DNA of 61,861 nt, the filler included, from Syncephalis fuscata S228 (taxonomy: Eukaryota > Fungi > Zoopagomycota), in assembly GCA_025786725.1 (NCBI GenBank). It is 5 parts of 5 records of this genome, joined end to end, with 100 filler letters (N's around TTAATTAATTAA, not from the genome) between each part and the next. Parts side by side here need not be neighbours in the genome. Positions count along the whole stretch, not along the records: positions 1 to 15,183 come from JAHLTZ010000221.1; positions 15,284 to 27,835 come from JAHLTZ010000265.1; 3 more parts are not named here. One strand, written 5' to 3'. Within the stretch, counting starts at the first letter, position 1, and every line of letters starts with the position of its first letter. The notes beneath the pieces were generated by a model. The model had not been told where the DNA came from. It searched no databases and saw only the letters and a list, made by a program, of their open reading frames with translations. This document shows positions 13,701 through 26,308 of this stretch, in pieces. The position numbers were made by a program, and so were the translations under genes.

Positions 13701-15165
13701 TCCTGCAGCTGCACCATTTGTACCAGGTGGCAGTGCTAAAAAAACATTTGGTCATACATCAACCGATACAGCCTCAGTATTTAATCCATTCTTTGGTGAT
13801 AAAACATTAAAGAAAGGCAAACTATCAGTACGATCCCTCTTTAAAGAACTGCCTGACGAATTAGAGTCACCCGATGAAATAGGTAATACTAAAACCAGTA
13901 TTGATAACACTATTGACAATACTAATACTAACATCAATGTTAATAGGATCTACTTGGTCGCTTGGAGATAAACCATTCCAACAACAGTTCCAAATGGCTC
14001 ATATGATGGAAGAGGCTGAAATGTACGGTCTTCACGGCTTTCCTGGTATGATGCCCGGTATGGCTCATTTACATCATCCACACCAAGCAACACCGCCTAC
14101 TCATCCGCATCATCCTTCACACAGCCACCTTTACCGCCACCTGTACCACACCAGGCCGGTATGATGATGCCTCCACCACATCCACAATTTGGCTATGCTT
14201 ATCCAATGTCGCCATATCATCGATATCCACATCCAGGCCCACCTCAGCATCAACCGGGCATGATGATGGCACCGCCACCACCAGGCTCACTTCCCTATAT
14301 GACACCGGGCTATGTACCGCAGGGACCATTCTCGCCACCAGGCCCACATCATTTAAATCATCCTGGTATGCCACCTATGTATGGTAGTCCTCAAATGACC
14401 CCGGTCTACCTATGCGACCTGCCAATAGTAATGGCAATAACAATGGTGGCAATAATAGTAATAACAACAACAACAATAGCAATAGTGGTAATAAAGCAGC
14501 TCATCCATCAGGCTCTGCACCTGGATCTAACGACGTACAGTCATCAGGATCTACAACACCACAATTGGCCAATAGTATAGCCAGTAATAACAGCACGGCT
14601 ACAGCTGTTCAACCTGGCTTTTCACCTATGACGACAGCTATGCGACCACCATTACCACCACCATCCATGATGCCCATGCAAATGGCCCATCCCGTCTATG
14701 CCTATCATCCACACCAAGGCATGCCAGGTAATGACAGCATATATGATATGTTAACCGGCATTACTAACTAACTAACTAATAGGTGGCCCACCGCCACCAC
14801 ACTCTATGATGTTACGCTATCCACCACCTCCACCAGAAATGATGGCTGGTATGCAAGGACCTCCACCACCACACCAGCCAGGTATGATGATGGCCCCACC
14901 TCATGGCATGCATCCTCAAATGATGTCACCGTATATGTCACCAGGTAATCCTAATGGTTTAAATGATCCATCAGGTGCTATGGCAGGTAATATGCCACCT
15001 ATGCCGCATCATCCACATCCTATGATGATGCATCAACAGCAACAGCAACAACAACAACAACAGATGATGACAGCAGCAGCAACAGGTACGACAAACAATA
15101 CAACAGGTGCATCACCGCCCCTTCATTCTACACCTATGACCACAACGGATACCAATACAGAATAA
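10713..15165 (+). CDS. PBP1: Ataxin-2/Pbp1 (Lsm, LsmAD, PAM2 motif, Pro/His/Met-rich tail), multi-exon
   Basis: Lsm domain GTRVKVTVKGGTQYEGLFH; FKTDTAIS; LsmAD [34 protein letters not shown]; PAM2 SKLNANASEFRP. Two apparent 1-nt deletions at about 14120 and 14401. Confidence 0.94.
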
Positions 15166-15183
15166 TCGATGATCTTACTATTT

Positions 15184-15283
15184 NNNNNNNNNNNNNNNNN
15201 NNNNNNNNNNNNNNNNNNNNNNNNNNNTTAATTAATTAANNNNNNNNNNNNNNNNNNNNNNNNNNNNNNNNNNNNNNNNNNNN
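15184..15283. other. Artificial linker N44-TTAATTAATTAA-N44
   Basis: Identical 100-bp spacer with stops in all six frames, present four times. Confidence 0.97.
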
Positions 15284-15834
15284 TGTAGATTACTACTATT
15301 GCTATTAAAATAATAACACTATTATAACGACAAGTATTTAGGCGTCATATCTTTGCAATAGTTGTTTTTTGTTAGTAATTAGTGTTGACATTTGATAGAT
15401 AGATAGATATTATTATTGTAATTGTTCACCTGTGATTGTTTTTGATAATATGATAGTTTTTTAGGCGTGCTAGCACAGCAGTATGGCCATAATATTGGAA
15501 TGTAAGAATATGGCATTGTAAAAACGTAATATCTTTACTTGTATTAGCTTAAAATGCTAATAAAACGCTATTTATAAGTTTAAAAACGAAAATGCTGATT
15601 GGATGCTGTGAAATTATGCAGCGATATTAAAAAGTGATTCTAGTGTAATTAGATGGTAAAAGACAATAGCGGAGCTAATAATTAATTAATTAATAAGCGT
15701 TACTAAGATTATTTATGATTTTGCGTAAAATGAGACTGATTGCTTGACATTTTGTACAAGCATGCATATAGCATACATGGAACTATCGACAAAATATATT
15801 GCAATTGTATTGCTTTATGGGACAATGAGTGTGC

Positions 15835-16381
15835 TAATGCGTTAATAAATGTGCAAAATAGCAGGCTTTTACTGTTTATGGCTTGTATAACTAAAATATA
15901 GCAAAACGATTGCTGGATTCAAGTTCTCCATGCTTAAATAAACCGTTTATTATGGCTTGTAGAATAATGATTTTTGCAACAAAAGTTGGCCAAAAATACG
16001 ATTTATGCGATATAAACTAACGAAGCTTTACGTTATACATATGTGTATACGACATAAATTGTCATTGTATATCAGTATTTCTGCATAATAGCAAGCCATT
16101 ATGCTCGCTTTAGCGCTTTAGAGCGCTTGGATTTATCTTATACCAAATTTCGTTTAATATTGAGATTTTAAATCATAAGTTTAGTTGCTTTTTTGTTAGC
16201 TATTTACACGTAAATTGTTTTTTGGCTAACATTTATTGCAAAAATCGCTGTTCTATATTTTATACCAGACGCAGCACCTAAACATAAAAAACTTGAATCC
16301 GGCAATCGTTTTGCTATATTTTAGTTATACAAGCCATAAACAGTAAAAGCCTGCTATTTTTACGCATTTATTAACGCATTA
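15835..16381. mobile_element. Foldback/MITE-like palindromic element
   Basis: Arms 15835-15925 and 16290-16381 are near-perfect reverse complements; weaker pairing continues inward and outward (about 15750-16460). Confidence 0.75.
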
Positions 16382-18738
16382 TTGCAATAACTACATAACC
16401 ACACAATGTAATTATGATATATTTTGCCAATAGCTATCCATATATTATACGCTGCTACAGATGCACTAATAACTATATTAATTATATCAAAAAATCTAAA
16501 AGGTATTAAATACACATTAATATCACGTGGCCAGATATAATTATAAATACCGTTGATAAGTTACATGATTGATTGTTCCAACATGAGCTATCGAGCGTAT
16601 GGCATATCCGATACATATAGTCCAATGAAGTTACCAATATACGTGCGAATATTCGTAAGTATATAGCGGCATTAACTATTTCTAAGTATAGTCCACAGCA
16701 TCAATAATACAAATGATCTTTGAACCAATCTGCTATTCAACTTATAAAGTCAGTCATATGAACTGATAAGCGCCACATGAATGAAAAAAACGTTCAATTT
16801 TATTAAACAATATTTAATGTACACGCAGCATTTCAGCATAAATATGCGAATATTTTTATCATTCAAATAAAATATCATCAGTTACCTCATTTTATTTTTT
16901 CTAGTTTTAGCTACAAACATTATTCAGTTTATTGTTGTCAAACTGCAGTAGTCGCTAACTGCCAAAGAATCATTGTGGTTTACTTAGTCGTTACAAGTAA
17001 TAAACTAAGTAGTTTTTATTAACAATTGATCATTGGGAGACTGAGGAGACGCAATCGTGTAGGAAAATACGCTACGAGTAGCAATAATAATAATAAATTC
17101 ATCAGTTATTTTTATGAACAAATTGTGTAAATAATTTAAATAGTTTATAATGCTATAATATAAATAATCATTAATAAATTACTGAGCATAATAAAAATAA
17201 TCATTAGTTATAAATAAACGTTTATCTATTAATATGTTGGTATATTATAAAACATATTATAATTAATGGATGTAATAAAGTAGTTTATATCTAGTTACTT
17301 GGTATTATTATCATGTATATTAAATTTAACAATAGTAAACAATGTATAATGGATAAAGAATAAGCTTTATTTAATATAATTGTGTAAAATCATACATAAA
17401 GTTTACGGATATTAAATTAAAGTAACCGTGGGAAAATAGTTGTGTAAATATTTTTTTACGATTATTTTTTTGTAATGAATGACTATTCGTTACACTAAAT
17501 GCTATATACATGCTTGCTGCATAATGGATAAATGTAAACTTGCGTATAACTATTTAAATTTAGCATAATTAATTATCTATGCAATTAAATTGTTTTAGTT
17601 TTATTAAATAATAAATATTAATTTACTTTTACGTCAATTTTATTATTACAACACAACTAATAATTATAATAATTATAATGGATTTATTTACGCTGAATGA
17701 CTCTGGACTAACCATAATTATAACAAATACAAACTAGAACATTAGACAACATTATAGTTGCTATATCAACGTATAAAATGTATATTGTATTCAAGTGTAA
17801 AATTTGTAATAATATACGGAATCACAATGTGATGACAGCCAAAACATACATTATAATGTGATAAATTTACTAAATAATAATAAAATAATGCTGGCATAAA
17901 GACTGTTTTTTTATTAAAATACAAGCAATCATGCGCGTATTTATATTGAGCACATGCTACCCATGTGCCCTGAATATAGAAATTTTGTGTACCTTTTAAG
18001 GCTTAGTAGTCAGTCGGACTTTTGGTCCAGCACAAGACAATATTTTCACGTACCGATCAATATCACTTTCGAGATTGATATCTTCTTCGCATCCTTTTAG
18101 AATAGTCGTTTTCTATTTTTAAAATACAAAAGCTGTTGTGGCACGTTTGTAAAAATAGGACTATTTATCTACACGATAAAGTAAAAAGATAGAGGTGGTT
18201 GAATCTTGCCTTTTGCTTGTAATGTGTTGGGCAACTATGACTATTATTTTATCTGCGGGCACGTGGACATACTGCTTAAATAGGCAATGCCTAAAAAGCA
18301 AAAAATAGCGGATATTCAACTGCCGTCACTTAGTTAAAGCAATTTCAGTGTTCTATTCAAAGCAATAAAGCCAATTCGGGCGATCGCACGTGTGCTCTCC
18401 ATTTTTGATGAAGTAAATGAATAAAACCATATTAGTGAACATAATGGATAGTGGCTTCTAGCCCCACAGCTTTTCTTGATTCTTTTGTTTCCTAACGCAA
18501 TTTGACGTCTCATTGTATACGAAACCATACACGCTAACCGTGTTAACGAAACCGCGATATCATTAAATTCTACATTTCTGCGTTCTTAGTAATTATAACA
18601 AATTTTACGCATTTATCTGCCATTGTATGCGGATCTTTACTAGCTAGTTTTAAGTGACTGGGTGTATATGTGCGTTGACGCTATATTTCAGACCGCTTAT
18701 GTACTTGCGGATAGAGCATATACACACTGCTGCCAACG

Positions 18739-20184
18739 ATGCATTTTGATATACCTCCACCATTTGCGCCAGGATGTGACTGGGCCGTCAATCTAACTGA
18801 TTGCGAAAATGAGCTGTGGCACCACGGACTAGGCTATGCCGCTATTGCCATTCATTTGGCTGTAACAATGCTGGGTGGCTTTGTTCTTTGGAGGCGTCGA
18901 TATTTCTGGCGACGAAGCCATCAACACGATACACCTACCAATGTATCACATCGCTATATAGCACGACCTGTCGATGGCATGGTCGCTTGCTTTTCTGCGT
19001 TCCTTATGACGCGCACAATCTATATTCTTATTTGTCTGTTAGATGTTGCACCAAAATTAGCAATAAGAGAGCCACTTTCTAGCCTATCGTTTGTTTGTGG
19101 CTATTTCGGCACGTTGCTATTCACAGCCGGAGTAATTGAAACAGTATCACCTGTACTGGCCAACCTACAGGAAACTCGCTGGCAAGCCCCGCCGTACCAA
19201 ATGGTTCTTGGTGGACTTGGCGTTTTAGCAACGACCGTACCGCCTATTACAAGCGCTACAGCGTGGCTGGCCGGCCAATACGGTGATCGTGGCGAATGGT
19301 CACGCTACATATTTTGGAATCAAATTACGTGGTTTATTTGGTCTTTTGTTATGTTACTTATTGCAGTTGTAAGTGCTTGTTATTTTGGTGCATTGGCATC
19401 GTTGCTACGACAGCAAGAATATCTATTTCAGCAATCAACTTCAGCTCAAGCTATTACCGCCAACCATACAACACCTATACCTACTGCAGCAATGATTAAA
19501 TCGACAGGGTGTTATATAAATAAGCCAAGGTCATCCTCAATGTCGTCATGCACCATCAACTATCATAGCAATGCTATGGTGGCACGAGCTCGGACAATCC
19601 GTCAATTAAAACGCACGCTGCTTTTAGAATTAATACTAGTTGCTACCACAGCGGTTTCTGCCAGCATTGGTGCTTTCACCAAAAGAAAGATATTATCCAA
19701 TGAAGCGGCCAGTGGCATTCTTGAAATTTATACGCTAGTACTTTGTTGGCCATGCTTTATTATGGCGATTTTCAGTCGTATTCATGCTTCATCCACAATA
19801 GAATCAAATAGAAGTAGAGCCATTGAAACGGCTGTTACTTATTCTATTCATACGCGGCCTAGCATGGCACGTGAAACCAATGAATACAACAACGCAGCAG
19901 CCAGTGCCAGCCGATCGCAACTTGTATCAAAAACATCGCGGTCATCACTCAGGTCTACTACTCGGCCGTTAGTATCGCGTGGCCGCTCACCAACAAATCT
20001 TACGGAGCTTGTGGAAATATCCAGTCTAGATTCAACTGGTGCTTACTTTATGGCCCATTCTTTATCCGAACATAACGCCTCAGCCATGTCTAATGCAGTT
20101 TCAGTATTAAGCTATCATAACGAATATTCTTTAGAAACCATTGGTCAATATGGTTCACCAACAAATTCTTCTTATAACAAATGA
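18739..20184 (+). CDS. Orphan 7TM/GPCR-like protein, class 1 (intronless, 481 aa)
   Basis: Seven hydrophobic segments; N-terminal CDWAVNLTDC; long Ser-rich ICL3 and C-tail. Confidence 0.8.
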   Translation: MHFDIPPPFAPGCDWAVNLTDCENELWHHGLGYAAIAIHLAVTMLGGFVLWRRRYFWRRSHQHDTPTNVSHRYIARPVDGMVACFSAFLMTRTIYILICLLDVAPKLAIREPLSSLSFVCGYFGTLLFTAGVIETVSPVLANLQETRWQAPPYQMVLGGLGVLATTVPPITSATAWLAGQYGDRGEWSRYIFWNQITWFIWSFVMLLIAVVSACYFGALASLLRQQEYLFQQSTSAQAITANHTTPIPTAAMIKSTGCYINKPRSSSMSSCTINYHSNAMVARARTIRQLKRTLLLELILVATTAVSASIGAFTKRKILSNEAASGILEIYTLVLCWPCFIMAIFSRIHASSTIESNRSRAIETAVTYSIHTRPSMARETNEYNNAAASASRSQLVSKTSRSSLRSTTRPLVSRGRSPTNLTELVEISSLDSTGAYFMAHSLSEHNASAMSNAVSVLSYHNEYSLETIGQYGSPTNSSYNK

Positions 20185-20492
20185 ACAACCAACAAAATAG
20201 ATGTGTTTATTGTTTGTACAATGGTTGCCTTCATCGTTGCGTTTTATTAAGTAAAATTTAACTTGAAATATTTAGCATATAATTATTACAGACGTATTGT
20301 TTTTATTTATATCATTTATACGCTGTTGAGAATGTTTTGTTAATCATTGTACTTAAACAGTGATGATCAATATAAAAACATTACTACTATGCAACAGTTT
20401 AATGGTTTTGGTAATGACTAGTCTATCCATAGTCTTTCTATATATAGTACTTCATTTAGCCATTTTATTTATATGATAATATTATTATATTT

Positions 20493-21354
20493 TATTTAAT
20501 TATATTGTTTTCTGGCGGTCAAACGACTGTATTTAGTAATATTTAATCTATTAAACATGATGGCGGGTGAATGACATCAGCTATCAAATACTCATCATCG
20601 TAGATTCATTATCCAGTATGCATATATCCACCATTTACTTGTATCCTTTATCCGCCTATATAATTATCGCTGTAAATTTATACTATTATATATAGTTTTA
20701 TGCTATATTGAATACATTTGTTTGCTATAAATTTCAAGTACATATAAACTGATGGACGAATGACTGACACTAGTTGAAACATTAATAACTGAGCTAGAAC
20801 CAAACAGACAACAGCTACAGACAGCGCATGTTCAATATATAATAAAATAATATGCAATATAACGAAGATACAATATTGAACGGCGATTAGCTCTGTTAAA
20901 GCTATTGAGCATATATGCATGATCAATGAGCGGAACTAGTCAACATTTATAAATAATAAAGCTAGAACAAAAATAAAAGCAGTTTTGGATAGAGGAAGGT
21001 TAGATAATTATTGAATGGCATATAAAACGCTGTTGAAGTTATAGTGCGTATAATGTAATAAGTGAGGCGAGTGTAGTGCGTTGGAGTATATAATAAACGG
21101 AATGTGTCTAGTATATTGTAGAATGGTATATGGCGGTGTGGAATAGTATAGAAATGATATAGGTGAATAGAGGATATATGTATACTGAATATGTATACTG
21201 GATAATGAATCTACAATGATGAGTATTTGATGATTAATGTCACTCACCACCCACCATCAGTTCAATCAACTGAATGCTATTAAATGTAATCATTTGCCGC
21301 TAAATCACAATAAATGTGATGATGTGATGATTAAATAAAACTCACCACTTGTTC
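20493..21354 (+). repeat. Left copy of ~860-bp inverted repeat; itself a MITE-like unit with ~130-bp imperfect TIRs
   Basis: Reverse complement of 26309-27172; only about 2 substitutions and 2 indels seen. Confidence 0.95.
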
Positions 21355-21485
21355 CATGTTCAATAGATTGAATGTACAGTTCAATTGCGCGAATGTTATT
21401 AAATATAGTTATTGCATTTTAATAAATAGTTATTGATTTGTTTTAATTGCGTTATATTTATTATATTTTGGGCCTATGTGTCTGT

Positions 21486-22544
21486 TTATACGGCGGTAGC
21501 TTGATGTATACTATGGCACGGACTGGAAAACATTTCAGAAGCACCAGTTTTTGTAGCAGCGGCATGTGAAGTAGCACGGTGCACACGGACTTGTGAACTT
21601 TGGAAGATATTATAATATAATATCCATTGAATGCCCGGGAAAAATACGCCATAGCGTATAACGGAAAAGGTAACATTCCACCATAGAATTCGGCTGATTT
21701 GTTCGGATAATACATCGCTTAGCACGGCAAATGTGCAACCAAGAATGCAGGCTGCAATAACAGCTAGAAACATGTTTCGAAAGCGACGAGCTGCATCAAT
21801 TTCAGCGCCATTTACTAATCCTTGGCTGGAAGAGCGCTCAACGTGGCTGCAAAGGATTTTGTAAAAGCCATAACTGTAATAGCCATTGACAATGAACATG
21901 ATAAGAATGCTAATGGCAAGTGTAAACGCTACGCCTTTATGTGCGTTTTTTGCTACGGCGGCCAGCCCGTGTTCCTCGCCCCATCCGACAATTGCGCTTG
22001 TACAAAAGCCTAATAGCAAAATAAGAGTGCAGAACACAACAGTGGTCCAATAAACTACTCGTGTTGATGGTACAAATAGCTTGCATGGTCCCCCACATGT
22101 GACGGCTATTTTTGATTTGGACCAACTTGTGCGTGTAAACACAGGCGGGATATGAGCAATGATACCCGAGACAAACAGTGTAACGGCAAATACTAATAAA
22201 ATCAGCACTGCCATACCAAGAACATTGCGGAAAACCATACTTTTTGGCCAGTCAAGAAGCACTAGAATGTACATAATACATCTTAGCGCTTCTACTGGAC
22301 ATATAACAACAATAAGTATATCTAGCGGTACAGGTATCCAGTAGCCATTAACTCGACGAAACAGCTCAGTTAGAATACCATGATGCCAACGATAAAGAAT
22401 GACTACAAGGCCAAATAAAAAAGTCAAAGATGATACAGTAGCACATACGGCTGCTGCATAGGATAGTGGAATGTGACCAGCACAGTCATATAGATTGATA
22501 TGAGGTGTACATAGTACATCGGAAGATGGATAAAGAGCTTTCAT
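21486..22544 (-). CDS. Orphan 7TM/GPCR-like protein, class 1 paralog (352 aa)
   Basis: Seven TM segments; shares C-x4-NL-x-DC, P(V/L)D, R-x2-3-YIL-x-LLD and LF-x2-G(V/I)I with 18739-20184. Confidence 0.8.
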   Translation of the reverse strand: MKALYPSSDVLCTPHINLYDCAGHIPLSYAAAVCATVSSLTFLFGLVVILYRWHHGILTELFRRVNGYWIPVPLDILIVVICPVEALRCIMYILVLLDWPKSMVFRNVLGMAVLILLVFAVTLFVSGIIAHIPPVFTRTSWSKSKIAVTCGGPCKLFVPSTRVVYWTTVVFCTLILLLGFCTSAIVGWGEEHGLAAVAKNAHKGVAFTLAISILIMFIVNGYYSYGFYKILCSHVERSSSQGLVNGAEIDAARRFRNMFLAVIAACILGCTFAVLSDVLSEQISRILWWNVTFSVIRYGVFFPGIQWILYYNIFQSSQVRVHRATSHAAATKTGASEMFSSPCHSIHQATAV

Positions 22545-23391
22545 AGTGCAATTCGTTACAAAATAATACGCTACTTAAAGAGCAGTATATTTAATCAGTC
22601 ATAAAAATAGCAATTTCACGTGTATTCAGTGCTGTAATAATTGCTATAATCTTTGTAGCTATCGTAAAAAGTAAAAGATTCGTAAATAAAACAAGGCATT
22701 AGTCGAAAACTGTGGCGGCAGTTATGTTTAGTATTCCCGTGCTTTATGTAAAATTCATATGGCGCTATCACATTATTCTGTTACACACACAGAGGACTGC
22801 CATCATTAGTATTTTATTATCTGCGAATAGTCATTGTCTATTGATATTATTACCCCATTTCTTTTGAAGTTTGTATTGAAAACTGGTTTATTGCTGCCAA
22901 TTAACTTAAAACAATATGATGGCATGTTTAATTGTCACCTTGGCTCCATCTTATCAATCGGTCCTACCACATAAACGAGGCACCTCGGCAATTATAGCTA
23001 TCTCTGACCTATTCTCTAATATTAACAGAGTTTATTCATTGTCGTTATCGTTGCTGCTGTTGTCTGTGGTGTGCAATCTTTAAAGAAAAATTGATAGTAT
23101 GTTTTCCCTGCACTATTCATAAACTTGGGACTTTAAAAATAACTAGCTGTAGTGTTACAAAGTCTCAAACGGCCATGTGCTCCACGGGCTTCAAGTTAAT
23201 TTAAACTTTATTGGTGTATAATATCAATTGCAATAAAATCATCTGATTAATACCAATGGTAAATACGTGGATTCTTTTTCTATTTGGTATCTTTCTATTT
23301 GTTATTAGTTTATTTAGATAATCATTCCTTGCTTAAGGCCAGCTGCAAACCGGACCAGCAAAGTGAATACTTTTTTGCTTTTTCCGTAAAA

Positions 23392-26080
23392 ATGAGCTGG
23401 ACTTCAACCTTGGCGCTGCGTTGCGAGCCGAACAAAGGCGTACGTCCAGTTGTTGGCTTGCGGTTGACTGAGGAGACACTCGCCGCATTGCGCCGCGGTG
23501 ACTCCTGTACCGTGGTGTTTGAACAGGTAAAACCAATTTATACCGGGTAGCTAGAAATCTATAAACTGACCGGTTATACAGGGCGAGCCTTTTCTACATA
23601 TTGGTGAGGCCACATTCCGGCTAGATCGCCGCGTTCTAGCTGGGGATCGCGAAGTGCGTGAGGTTTATCGTAAAGTGCCCGGCGATACCTCGGCGCTCCA
23701 GCTGCTAGGAACGCAGCGACAAGTATATGCAGTTACCGGCCGATCGATGTCGGGATCGTCGGCGCTGCCAGCTGCCGCGAAACAGCCAGCGCAGCCATTC
23801 CGAACGCAGCGTGCTGTCGATACGGAGTCAGCCATACGACGGTAAGGTGGATTATAGTATCAAGTATTATGATACTGATAGGGTGTATGCATAAATAACA
23901 ATTAGTGCACCGTCTGTATCGCAGCTTGATAGTCGGCGACATCGGCACCAGCCTCCTGCCGCGGTTAGCATGCAGGCGCTGACACCTCAGCAAATTGCGG
24001 CCCGTGCGGCTAATACAGCACGATCACCAGTAAAACTGGCTGGCGGTAATGCTGGATCGTCGGCTTATGGTGTAGATTCACCTGCTGCACAGGCTGCTGC
24101 ACTTGCAGCGGTAGCCGCCAATCAAACTACGTCTGCGCCAAAACGACACGGTATGCCGCTACGTGCACGTCTGTTGAAACTATTAGCTATGGGTCCTATT
24201 GACATTGGCACACTACAAACACGAATGGCCCAGAGACCAGAAGCATTAACGGCTGATCTTTCACGGGTAATATTATGACTTAATATGCTAATTAATTGGT
24301 GTCTAATTATCATGATACATAGCTATCTGACAGACAAGGCTCAATCTACTATTTAAAGCCAGAGTGTTATCAAGATGTACAGATTTATGAATGGGATTAT
24401 ACGGACGAGGAACGGGCCATGGTTATTTCGCTAGCACAGCAAGCATTTGATAAACTTGGCTTATCAGAAGATGCACGGGAGCGTGTTATGCTTTTAGCAC
24501 CAGAGACACGTCCAGCTGGTTGGGATCACAAAGGCACATTAAAAGAGCGAGTAATACATGCTTTAGCGCTAAAGCCCATGGAATTTAAACAAGCACAGGA
24601 ACGAGCTGGTGCAACAGAAGACGACAGCTTTCGAGAGACATTACGTCAAGTAAGTAGAGCTAAATTGTGCATTAACTGGTATTTATTTATTTATGTTTAG
24701 GTGGGCCGCTTTACCAACAATGCTTGGGTACTACAAGATGCTAGCTATAGCGAAATACAGGTAGATACATGGCCTGGCTGGACAGAAGATGAACGAAAGA
24801 AGGTTGCATCGACAATGCGATCAGTCTTTGAATGTACAGGACTTTCAGAAGCTGATCCAGCATGGAGTAGATTAGCTAACTATCCATCTTTACCGTCTCC
24901 TGTTTCAACATCAGCCACTACATCGTCTACAGCTACACCCGGCAGTGATACTCTAGTAATAACAAATGATGCAAAAGCAGCAGCTACAACGATTACTGCA
25001 ACTACAACGCCGGCAACTAAGAATAAAAATAATAGTACATCTGGAGGAAAAAAAGGCGCTTCTACTCTTGCTAAATTAACAGCAATGTCCAAGCGACCAG
25101 GATCTACAACAGCTACTAGTACAAAAACATCAACTACTGCATCTGAAACAGAATCTACTACACAGGAAACGACACCTGTTAAGCCAAAACGTCAACGACA
25201 ATCCAAAAAAGCTGCCGCCGTCGCAGCAGCAGCAGCAGCAGCAGATACAGCAGCAACAAAGGCTACAGAACCAACAGAGCCATCTATCCCAAGTCCATGG
25301 GCGGCAGTGACACCAGCACCCACAGCCCATTTGGATATTGACTCGTCGCTGGTAGAAAAATCAGAAGGTCCAGGTAAATTATCGCTATCTTCAGAAGGCA
25401 ATGAATCGCTTAAACGATCACTGCCAGCGACAAAGTCAAAGAAAGCAGATGCTACAGCCTTACTAGCTTCTAGCAGCAGTAAACCATCGATAAAACGAAC
25501 TCGTTTGGCGACGCCTTCTACTACACCAACGACTAAGGTTGCTTCAGCACGACCAGCTGTTCCAGCTACAACACCAGCTACTCAACCAACAATATCCAAT
25601 GAAACAACAAGCATTATATCTACCACTAACAGTGCAGCTACTCCAAGTGCTACAACTACTACCACGGCTATAGCTACTTCAAATGCTACAGCTACCATGG
25701 CTGTTCCCACAGTATCGGGTAATAGAGAACCAATGCATAAGCCTGTAAAATTACCTGAACATCCACCGACTGTCACTACACGATCTGATCTACGACAACT
25801 ATATCGTCTATTTAAAGACGCTCACAAGGAACATCTACGTCTTTACCGGCGTCTAACCAGTGATGTTGAGCGATGTGAAATGGCAGAACGTACATGGAAA
25901 ATGGCTACTGATCGTGCTGTCCAAGAAGAAGCGGCCCAGGTATTAGAGCAGCTTATGACACGGGCCAGCGGGACAGCATCTCGTCGACGGCAAGAACGCT
26001 ATGAATTCCTTCGTACCTGGATTCAAGAAGCTAAACAAGAGGCACGCCGAGCAGTTGAAGAAAATGGCTGGGACGATTGA
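23392..26080 (+). CDS. ELL: RNA polymerase II elongation factor ELL-like, multi-exon
   Basis: N-terminal GLRLTEETLAAL; winged-helix motifs PLRARLLKLLAMGP and TLKERVIHALALKP; C-terminal occludin/ELL-like PPTVTTRSDLRQLYRLFKDAHKEHLRLY. Confidence 0.78.
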
Positions 26081-26308
26081 ATGTAATTTTTGAACTATAT
26101 AGATTAAAATGATTACAAAGATAATACTCCATTTGATTATTGTTTGTTTACATCCGTAAATAAAGCAAATTGCTGTAATATTGGTACTGTGAGTCAATAA
26201 GTTTGAAACAATAAAGTCTACTACATTAATATTAAACCGCTTATTGATTTTTAGTATAGGTTGGTGTTCAATGACAACATTCAAAAATATTCATTCTAGT
26301 AAATATAT

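Noticed and set aside
21008-21250. 80-aa ORF present twice (also 26413-26655), and duplicated ORFs in the 780-bp repeats
   Set aside because: Chance ORFs inside repeats, mostly with non-ATG starts and low-complexity composition.
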